A DNA stretch of 64,000 nucleotides. Source: the human T2T-CHM13v2.0 reference genome, Homo sapiens. Position numbers and translations under genes: made by a program. Below are positions 52,664 to 64,000 of the stretch, piece by piece. Each line of letters begins with the position of its first letter. The stretch's first letter is position 1. The notes below the pieces were generated by a model, which was not told the origin of the DNA, did no database searches, and worked only from the letters and a program-made list of their open reading frames with translations. The stretch is taken from assembly GCF_009914755.1 (NCBI RefSeq), contig NC_060946.1; one strand, given 5' to 3'.

Positions 52664-55600
52664 GAGACGGAGTCTCGCTCTTTGGCCCAGGCCGGAGTGC
52701 AGTGGCGCTATCTTGGCTCACCGCACGCTCCGCCTCCCAGGTTCACACCATTCTCAGCCTCCCGAGTAGCTGGGACTACAGGCGCCAGCCAACGCGCCTG
52801 GCTAATTTTTTGTATTTTTAGTAGAGATGGGGTTTCACCATGTTAGCCAGGATGGTCTCGATCTCCTGACCTTGTGATCCGCCCGCCTTGGCCTCCCAAA
52901 GTGCTGGGATTACAGGCTCAGTATGTTTCTATATTGCCTATCCCTTTAAAAATTGTTGGGTTATATTATTATTTTAACAATTTTGTATTTTAGCCTTCAC
53001 ATGAAAGATATAGGTTGCTTATACATCACAACTATAGTATTATTCTAAATTTATCTGTGTACTTTTAGTAATGAGATTTATACCTTCAGATGGTTTCTTG
53101 TTACATGTTAGCATCATTTTCTTTCAGACTGAACAACTCCCTTTAGCATTTCTTGTAAACCAGGTTTGGTAGTGATGCATTTCCTCAGCTTTTGTCTGGG
53201 AAAAGTATTTATCTCTTCTTCATTTTTGAAGGATCTATTCTTTGGGTGTGGTTTTTTTCATTGGTATTGTTTTTCTTAAGCACTTTGAATATGTCATCCC
53301 ACTTCTCCCATAGGAGGGAGGCCCTCAGCCTGTTTAATTTTTGCTGAGAACTCTGCTTCCTGACATATCAAAGGTCCTCAATATGTTGTTTGATTCACTT
53401 CTCTTGCTGTTTATAGTATCCTCTTTGTCCTTGACATTTGGAGTTGGATTATTATATGCCTTGGCATAGTTTTTTTTTTTTTTTCCTTGAGATGGAGTCT
53501 CGCTCTTGTTGCCCAGGCTGGAGTACAGTGGCACAGTCTTGGCTCACTGCAACCTCTGCCTCCTGGGTTCAAGCAATCCTCTTGCTCAGCCTCCCAAGTA
53601 GCTAGGATTATAGGCACCCACGACCATACTTGGCTAATTTTTGTATTTTTAGTAGAGATGGGGTTGCACCATGTTGGCCAGGGTGGTCTCGAACTCCTGA
53701 CCTCAAGTGATTCACCTGCCTCGGCCTCCCAAAGTACTTGGGATTACAGGCCTGAGCCACCGCACCTGGCCACTTTGGCGTAGTCTTATTTGGCTTGAAT
53801 CTGCTTGATGATCTTTGGTCTTCATGTACCTGGATATTTATATATTTCTCTTGAATTGGAAAGCTTTCTGTTACCATCTTTTTGAATAAGCTTTCTACTC
53901 TTTCTCTGCTTTCTCTTGAAGACCAATGACTCTTAAATTTGCTCTTCTGATACTATCCCATAGATTTCCTAAGCTGCCTTCATTCTTTTTTTTCTTTTCT
54001 TTTTTCTCCTATTGTGTATTTCAAATGGCCTGTGTGAGCTCACTGATTCTTTCTCTGTTGGATCAGTTCTGCTGTTGAGGCCCTCTCATGCATTTTTCAG
54101 TGCATCCATTATATTTTTCAGCTTTGAGGTTTTTGTGGTCTTTTAAAATTATTTCAATCTCTTTGTTAAATTTCTTTGATACATTTCCGAATTAATTATA
54201 TTTTTAAAATTGCATTGATTTTCCTCAAAACAGCTATTTTTTACCTCCCTCTCTGAATAGTTTAACATCTTTATCTCTCCTAGGTTAGTCACTGGTGACT
54301 TGTTTATTGTTTGGTGAGGTCATACTTCCCTGAATGTTCTTAATGCTTTTGGGCCTATGTTCATGCCTGGGAATTGAATAAGTCAGTATTTATTCCAGTC
54401 TTTGTAGTCTGGTCTTGTTTGTACCTGTCCTCCTCTAGATGGTCTTCCAGAAATTCCAAGGGTACTGACTATTGAGTTCCCTAAGGCTGGGGTCACTGAA
54501 GCTGTTTCAGCACCAGGGTGCCCTAAGCTCAGGTTCACTGTGACTCTTGCAGGACTGAGGTCCCAGAGGGCCCTGATGGACTTGGAGAAGATAAGGGAGG
54601 GGTTCCCTGGGTTCCCAGGCAAAGTGCTTCATTCACTTCCCTCTTCTTCCCATTGGAAGGAGTCTGGGTACTAAGCTTTGTGGATCTGGGAGAAGGGTGG
54701 CTTGGGCACTCCCATGGCCACTGCAGCTGGCACCACATACCCGAAGCCCACAGCCTCTAGGACCAGAGCAGCACTGGGGCTTGTCTGAGTCCTGTGGCCA
54801 CTACTGCCTGACTGCTGCTGACTTATGTAGGTCTTGAGGCCGAGCTACTCTGCTGGTGGTGAAGCTGGCCAGGGTTTAGGTCCATCCCGCCAGGGCAGCA
54901 GGTTCTCTTCTACCTCCAGGCAGGTCTAGAGGTGTCTGGGAGCTCCTGCCTGGGATCAGGGCCACTGTGTTCTGCCTGATGCTGTGTCCACCGTGGTGGA
55001 GCCTGGACTGGGTTCTCCTCTTTCCTGCATAGGAAAGGAGTTCTCCCGGCACTGCACTGCCTGGAGTTGGGATTAGGGTAACACAGGCAGCCCTGTGGCC
55101 ACTGTAGCGGATGTCATATATGAAACCCACAGCCTCCCATACCAGCACATCATTGGTTGCTGGGGCTCACCCAAGGACCACAGTGGCTATGGCCTGCCTG
55201 CCACTGAAATTTATTCAGAGCCTGAGGCCACTTTAAACAGCTGGTGGTGAAGGAAGTCAGGACTCAGGTTTGTCCCACCGGGCAGTGGATTCCCTTCTAG
55301 CCCAGGTCATGTCTAAATGCTCTGTCTGTGGGCACCGGCCTGGAATCAAGGACCATGGGGTTCTGCCCAGTGCTGTGTTTTACTGTAGCAGAGCTGGTAC
55401 TGGGCTCCAAGGCAAAGTTTAATGCACACTCTCTTCTCCCTCCTGGAAGTGGACACATTGTCTCTCTGCACTGCCTGGGGTTGAGGGAGGGATGGTATAG
55501 GCACTGCAAGACTGTCTTTTCCACCCTGTTTAATGTGTCTTTTCTTGTTTTTAAGCTAAAACCAGGTTCTGTGATCTGTCACCTGATTTCTTTGGCTCTT

Positions 55601-55704
55601 GTGAAGGTATTCTCTTGCTTAGATTGTTGGTGGTTCAATTTGATGTTCCTGCAGGGAGACAATCTTGTAGAGTTCTATTCTGCCATCTCGCTCCACCACT
55701 TCTC
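49647..55704 (-). mobile_element. Old L1 (L1MA/L1PB-like) with 5'UTR, ORF1 and ORF2 remnants; 3' end missing; nested Alus at ~52635-52915 and ~53470-53771
   Basis: T-rich antisense ORF2 motifs; minus strand begins GAGAAGTGGTGGAGCGAGATGGCAGAATAGAA, typical of an L1 5' end with a YY1-like site. Confidence 0.8.
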
Positions 55705-55709
55705 ATTTA

Positions 55710-57640
<1,931 letters not shown>

Positions 57641-58532
57641 AAAAATTTTATATTTGGTTAATTAAAATTTAAGTTGATTTTGGGGTATCAACGCTTCTCT
57701 TATATGAAAATAAGAGCATGAATCAAGAAATAATGGGTTCCCAAATACTGCAGTGGAAACACATTTTTTTGGGGGGGTACAAAACAAGTATCCATGTACA
57801 TATAGTCCTTGGTTCCCCAAGTCATTGAGTCAACTTAGTCAAAATAAGTAGCCTCTCATTTCTTATCTCATGAGGGTGGTCTTGCCTTGCTTGGAGACAT
57901 TATAATGAATTCACTTGATGTAGTTACTTTTAAGCATACCAGTTTACTTCATATCCCATTTTCAACCAGTTATCGTACCCGGAATAATTGCTAGAATCAA
58001 ATTCCATCATGCACAGGTAAATAAGTAAATTCTGTCATTTACTATCTAAATTAGATATATAATTATTTATAGATACGTACATATATTTTACTTGTAATTC
58101 AGTGAACATAAGGCTTTGTATGCTCTGTCTAAAATATGCTGTCTATATTAATTCTCATGATAGTAAAGAATAGAGTGATGGAGTCTATATTTTACATATA
58201 TCTTCCATTTAGTAGCAGAAATAAAATCCTTGTACTTGATTTGGTAAATTCCTCCATTTAAATTAAGATGTTACTTCCCGGAAACAAAATTTTTTTTTCT
58301 TTTTTTTTTTTAAATTTTAAATCTTTAATTTCTGTTTTCACATATTTTCTTTTTGCTTCCAAAAGGAAAGGAGTGCGTAGCTCTGTTGACTGTGTACATC
58401 GTCCACAGCCCCTGGGTCGGGGCAGGGTCCCCTAGGCCGCCCGGGGGTCCACATGCAGCCCCTGGGGGGCCGGCGCGGGGTGAGGTCCGGGGGCCGCCTT
58501 ATTGCTGAGGTCCGGCCGGTTGGGGCCCGCCG

Positions 58533-58935
58533 CTAGGCGCGCTGGCTGGGCAGCTCCTGGGAGATGAAGCGACGCAGGCGCTCCAGGTACTGGCTGTAGA
58601 GCTCGATGTCGTTGTGCCCGGCGCCCTCCACCCACAGCGGCTCCACCGCCTTGGGGCAGCGCTCGTAGAGCGCCAGCCCGTGTGAGAAGTCGATCACCTC
58701 GTCCTCCATGCCGTGGATGATGAGCACGGGCGACGTGATCTTGGACACCTTCTCGATGTTAGGGAAGGCGTCGAAGCAGTAGGTCTTGGTGTCGGGGAAG
58801 GCGACGCGCATGCCCGAGGTGAGCGGCGAGTGCAGCACCACCGCGGCACACTCGTAGCGCGAGGCCAGGTCCACGGTGGGCACCGTGCCGATGCTCTGCC
58901 CGTACAGGATGATGCTGTCCGGGCTGATGCCGTAC
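58533..58935 (-). CDS. ABHD17AP4: ABHD17A-like ORF, second coding block ([16 protein letters not shown]...HGMEDEVI...AGHNDIE...ELPSQRA*), open
   Basis: 403 nt in phase with block 1; spliced total 927 nt = 308 aa + stop. Translation in vivo unknown. Confidence 0.55.
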
Positions 58936-61175
58936 CTGGCGGCGCCGGAGCAGGGTCAGCCGCGGCCTCCGACGCGGGCGCACCCTTCCCACCAGCGGGC
59001 GTCCCCGGGCCCAGCTCCGGATGCGACCCTCCAGTCTCCCCACTCAGCTAAGTCAGTGGGTCAGACCCAGGCTCCACACCAGTCCCGAGGGCCACCCCCA
59101 GCCCCCAACACCGCGGCGGTGGGCGAAGCCAGCGGCCCCGCCCTATTCCCTGGCGCTGCCGTTCACTGGCGTTTCCTAGCAAGGATCTGCAGGGATCCCG
59201 CCTACAGAGTGCCCCTGGGGCAGGGGTAGGGGAGGCCCTGGCACCTCTCCTCCTCCTGGTCACCCCTAGGTGCACACTGGGAACTGTGTGCCCCCTACAT
59301 TCTGAATGCTTCACGCCTCCCTGCCCGGGTTAGAAAGCCGTTCCTGGTGCACTGGCCAGGACAGCAGACACTCTTCCTCCCTGCAGCCTTTGCCCACCCC
59401 CTTGGCCATGAGGAATTCAGGCAGCTGTGTCCCCAAATGTCTCCACCCGATTTTGGAGTCTCGGAGTCCCCACGCCCAATGAGATGCCAGTGCAACCCAG
59501 GTCAGCATCGAGGGTGGTGGCTGCGGAGGTGGCACCCCCTCCCACCAGCACCTTCCCTTGGGAGTGGACAAGTCCTCGGCCACCTCAGCACCACCAGCTC
59601 CCACCCAGGGGCACCCCCACCCCCAGGTCACTGGTGTGCGGCCCCTGACCCAGCTGATCCAGCAACAGTTACAAGGCCTCCTCGTGCCCAATCCCAACCA
59701 CGCGGGACCCACCTGCCACCCTGCCCATGCCGGGACCCCACAACTCTCCTCCCACACGCTCCAGGCTCTGATCCCAGGCAGACGCCCTCTTGCAAGGCAG
59801 GAGCATGGGCAGGTGTGCATCCCCTCTGCCTGGCATTCGGACTCCACCAGCGGGCTGTCCCCGTCCCTGGCCTGGAATCCCAGCCTCCTGGCAGCACTCC
59901 ACGGCTCGCCACTCACCCATGCCCCAAAGGATGCTGCCTGGCTGGTGCCTGTGGCCCCAGCTCTGCCTCGGCCTCCCCGGCCTGCTCCCTGGCAGCCATG
60001 GTCAGTAGTGTGCTGAGCCAGCCCAGCCCTACCACCTGCTACAGGCAGGAGCCCCCAGCTGCCACCTGGATGTCACCACTCAAAGGAACGGGACACATCC
60101 CCAGTGGAGGCCCTGGGCACGCTCTGGCCTCCCCCTCACAGCTCTGGGCCTAGGTTCCTGCAGGACAAAGTGGCAGCAGGACAGATGGCCGAGCAGACAG
60201 AGCTCAGAGCTGGCCATGGCGGGTGTGACTCTGCCAGTGGCCCAGGCAGTAGAGACAGGAGGGGCCGAGGAAGTCGCATGAAGTGGTGATTGGTGTCAGC
60301 GCCCCACACTGCTGGGAGGCCCCCGGAGCCAGGGTGGTGCCAGGGGACCAGCTCCCAGGCCCACAGCAGGGACCGCCTGCAATATCACCAAGGCAACGAG
60401 GACCCCACCTCCCCAGGGCCTCTGACTTCTCAGAGTTGTGCCTGGTCCCCTGCGGGAGCAGGTCAGACCAGTGGGCTGGGCAGGGCCAGGACGAGACAGC
60501 CCCAGTGGATGGCGAGCAGGAAAGGCCACCAGAGGCCCACCCGGGTCTCCTCGTCCAAAGCAGCACTGGCCCGGGCGGTGCTCAAACACCGGTGAAGGGC
60601 CCAGGCAAGCGCAGGGCTGGGGACCTGGATGACTAGGAGGGCTGGATCTGGAATCGAGGCTGGCCCAGACCTCGGGTGTGTGCTGGGGGTCTGCACCTTA
60701 CCCTGCAGGCCCTGCCCCAGGATGGCCAAGCTCCGCAGCCACAGGGCCTCATGGGCCAGGCCTCGGGACCTGGATGCAGCAGCCTCGCCTCACTTGGCCC
60801 CAAGTGCTGCCTCCGCAGATGGGCTCCCAGCCACACGTGCACAGACCCCCAGACCACCACCCACTCCCGACTGCCGGGTGGCATCCACGCCCCTGTGATA
60901 AGCTCAGCCCCTTCCCGTCCTCAGGCCAGGGGTTCCCAGGGAGCCTGGCTCCACAGGCCAGGGTGTGGGAGGACCGCCTGGCCACACCTCAGCCATGTGG
61001 AGGCGGCACCTGCACACCCAAGCTCGCCTGTCCGGCTCTCTGGCCCTGTGCATCCACTGTGGCTCCCCTCCTGCAGGGCCGCCCAACTTCCTCCCAGGGA
61101 AGCCCGCCCCCCGGCCCCCGGCTTGGTCCCCTCTTGGGTGTGCCCAGGCTGAGCTGCCCCCAGGGTCGCCCTCAC
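58936..61175 (-). other. Retained 2240-bp intron inside the ABHD17A retrocopy
   Basis: GTGAGG donor, CTGAC branch-like motif and ...CCGCCAG acceptor interrupt the codon in LRTR|YGISPD; the coding sequence on either side is uninterrupted. Confidence 0.9.
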
Positions 61176-62050
61176 CTGGTGCGCAGCGCCTGCCAGGCGG
61201 CGTCGATGTCGGCATAGAGGTTCCACTCGGAAGGCCTGCCCGCGCTGGCACCGTAGCCGGAGTAGTCGTAGATGATGTTGCAGTGGAGGCGGGAGTTCAG
61301 CCCAGTGTAGAAGCTGCTCATCTGGCCCAGGTCCACCGCGTTGCCGTGCGAGAAGAAGACCGTGTACCTGGCACCAGGCACGCAGCGAACATACATGCAG
61401 GAGACGCGGTTGCCGTGGGCGCTCTTAGTGGGGAAGACCTCGATGGTGTCCAGCTCGCGCTGGCTGTACTGGAAGTCGGCGAGCTCCGTCAGGTGCAGCT
61501 TCCAGCGCCCGAGGAGGCCCGCAGGGTCCCCAAGGGGGCGGCCCCGGCCCCACCAGGCCCCGGCCCCACCAGGCCCGGGCTCAGGCACCAGGGAGTAGGT
61601 GGCCTCCGGCGGCAGGAAGGCGAGCTTGGCAGCGATGCGGCCGGGGCAGGGCGGGTAGCAGAAAAGGCAGCAGAGCTCACTCAGCGACAGCCCGTTCATG
61701 GCAGGCGCCTCCCGGGCCGGGCCTCCACCGGGGCCCCCGCCAACAACGCCGCCCGGCCTGGCCGGGCAGGGGAGGGGTGGGGGTGCTCCGAGTCGCGGGC
61801 AGGGGTGAGAGCCCCAGACGGCAGCCCCATTAGGAGGCCAGGGCCCAGCCCCATCGCGGTCCAAGCCGCCCCAGGGAGCCTCGCAACCACAGGTCTCCAT
61901 GTCGTGCCGTGGGAAGGCCACCCCGGCCCGCGCCCCCGGGCCCCAGGGCCGCGCTCCATGGCTCCCGACCGCCCGCCCGTGCATCTGTCGGTCCCTCCGC
62001 GCCCCGGCCCGGCCTCCTGCACCGCCACCGCCGCAGCTCCCCCACGAACG
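61170..62050. promoter_or_regulatory. CpG-island-like sequence imported with the ABHD17A retrocopy 5' end
   Basis: Very high GC and abundant CpG against AT-rich flanks; a second CpG-rich block lies at ~58420-59170. Confidence 0.6.
61176..61699 (-). CDS. ABHD17AP4: ABHD17A-like ORF, first coding block ([20 protein letters not shown]...AWQALRT), open
   Basis: 524 nt from the ATG at 61699 to AG|GTGAGG; no stop (ORF 61172..61984). Translation in vivo unknown. Confidence 0.55.
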
Positions 62051-62557
62051 GAAGCAAAATTTTTCTTAACGGGATGATAATTCACTAGTTTACCTCTAAT
62101 GAGTCTCAGTATTTAATCTATCATGAAATTACGCGGCACCAAAATAAAATATAATTAGTTAAAACACAAAAATTATTTTATTGATTAATTTAGACATCAG
62201 ATGTTTACATTATGAAATCAAGGTATTTTTTGGTTTTTGTTTTGTTTTTAGAATATTAGCAAATATTACCAAACATGAACCATAGTAAAAGTTCTTCAGT
62301 AACACTTTACCATTCCGTTTTCAAATAACCTGAATTTATGTGCCAGATTGAAAAGCTTTTAGATGAGTGACCTATATTTCTGTATGTATCCAAATATTTG
62401 TATATCATGTAGACAAGCCAAGAAAATACGCAGATATGTAAGCCATTGCATAGAATGGTAAAGAATACATTCTTAATAAGATGCATTCGCTTAATGCTCC
62501 AAACAGGTCTCTAGTATCTCAAATGCAGCATTCACCCACTATTTCCAAACATATCAG

Positions 62558-62872
62558 GGCCAGGTGCCATGGCTCATGCCCATAATCTTGGCACTTTGGG
62601 AAGTTGAGGTGGGTGGATCACTTGAGGCCAAGTTCCAGACCAGCCTGGCCAACATGGCAAAACCCTGTCTTTACTAAAACTACAAAAAAAATAAAAATAG
62701 CTAGCCATGGTGGCACACTACTATAATCCCAGCTACTCAGGAGACTGAGATACAAGAATCATGTGAACACGAGAGGCAGGGGATGCAGTGAGCTGAGCCG
62801 AGATCACGCCACTGCACTCCAGCCTGGGCAACGGAGCGAGTGAGACTCTGTTTCAAAAAAACAAAACCAAAA
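62558..62872 (+). mobile_element. Alu
   Basis: Dimeric Alu motifs and A-rich tail. Confidence 0.88.
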
Positions 62873-64000
62873 GCATTGTATCATGATATGTGACTAAGCT
62901 GAATTTAAAACACTGTAACATAAACTAGATGAAAAGTATTATACAAAATTTTTCTTTGTATTTCTATTTGTTTTGAATTTACCAACAATTCAAATCTTGC
63001 TGAGAATATTTGCACTATAAATATTTCTGTGATTATTGGTTATATTCAAATTCGCTCATTTTCAAAGCTACCTGTATAAAATTATTAAAATTGTACATAG
63101 CTTGGAATAAGAGTATGTTGAATATAATTGCCATGTGATACATTTATATTTAATAATTAAAGGCATATTACAACACTTACGCCTCATCTTAATGTTACTT
63201 AACCTTAGAAACAGAGTAAATGATAGGAATAATATGGGAGACAAACTGTGGAAAGCCACATTCTGTATATCTCTGTTGTTTTTATTAAACTTTTTTCCTA
63301 CTGCACTTTAAATTTGTCATAGACCATTATTTTAGTAATTATTAATGTAATCTTACGTATGTATATTCTCTACCATCTTAGCAGGTTGAATAAAATACAT
63401 GATTAAAGGCAAAAATGTGTGCAAGGAAAATATAGAATATTTAAGTTACAAAAAGCTACTCTTACTGAATCTCTTAAATTACAGCTTATAGCTAAAGAGT
63501 ACAAACTATTGTAAAAGTTTTCTCCCATTTGTAAGTAATTACACATATAAAGTATCTCCCCATTCAGTAGATCTTATATTTCTTTCAGAAACATATATTA
63601 AATATAAAATATTCTGAATTCTAAATTGCATTTAAAATTGTTCATCATTGGTTATATTATGTAATTATAAGCAAGTACATTTAATGACTACATACTGTAA
63701 ACTTTCTTTACCACGTGGCACAAATAGTTAATTTACCTTTTTTTTCTGTCTCTGTCTTCTATGTCCTAGGCTATTTCAGTTTTCTCACGAGTAGCCATTA
63801 TTTTCAATGAACTACCAAAAAGTTATAAGGCAGCCACGATCAAACAAAAATGTTAGTAATATAGTATAGTATAAAGGTTTTTTATTTCTTAATTTATATT
63901 CCAAATTGTTAAATAATTTTATCATCCAGTCTTGATGTCTGAAAACATCTTAAAATAGAGAAGTTCACAGTATTAGATGCTGTATCTTTCTTCATCTAAT

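Larger units (their letters stand above)
58279..62067 (-). pseudogene. ABHD17AP4: Semi-processed retrocopy of ABHD17A (FAM108A1 depalmitoylase) with one retained intron
   Basis: GC-rich 5'UTR; CDS; ATTAAA at 58329-58324; poly(A) seen as the T-run 58290-58311; TSD-like CGGAA(A/G)CAAAATTTTT...CTT at 58279-58301 and 62049-62067. The symbol number rests on recalled gene order. Confidence 0.92.

Noticed and set aside
59347-62077. Long plus-strand ORFs (268, 370 aa) and many others in the GC-rich block
   Set aside because: Antisense shadows of the ABHD17A CDS or chance ORFs in GC-rich intron; no recognisable domains.
62068-64000. Very AT-rich tail as a possible palindromic AT-rich repeat (PATRR)
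   Set aside because: No inverted symmetry or tandem AT units visible; it looks like ordinary AT-rich sequence matching the other flank of the retrocopy.

Overview
This is primate, most likely human, genomic DNA rich in Alu and L1 repeats. It contains no conventional intact gene. The order of pseudogene fragments matches my recollection of human 22q11.21 (SMPD4P1 - IGLL4P - SLC9A3P2 - ABHD17AP4); the symbols come from recognition, not a database search. Left to right: (1) ten exons of an unprocessed, promoter-less SMPD4 pseudogene on the minus strand (1.3-16.9 kb), including a U12-type intron. (2) A degenerate Ig-lambda-like J + C fragment (21.8-23.6 kb). (3) An old processed SLC9A3/NHE3 retrocopy on the plus strand (43.3-46.0 kb). 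(4) A ~660-bp inverted repeat with the layout of a mirror-image bidirectional promoter (TATA - 3x CCAAT | 3x CCAAT - TATA), whose arms resemble BAGE-type first exons, followed by a 1.4-kb purine-rich array (47.4-49.6 kb). (5) An old antisense L1. (6) A young semi-processed ABHD17A retrocopy on the minus strand (58.3-62.1 kb). It retains one intron and, once spliced, still encodes an uninterrupted 308-aa ORF with the full catalytic triad. The best candidate for an undescribed system is the palindromic promoter. Its left arm points into the promoter-less SMPD4 pseudogene, and both divergent transcripts would be antisense to the flanking retrocopies. Comparisons to parent proteins and repeat consensi are from memory and need alignment to confirm.
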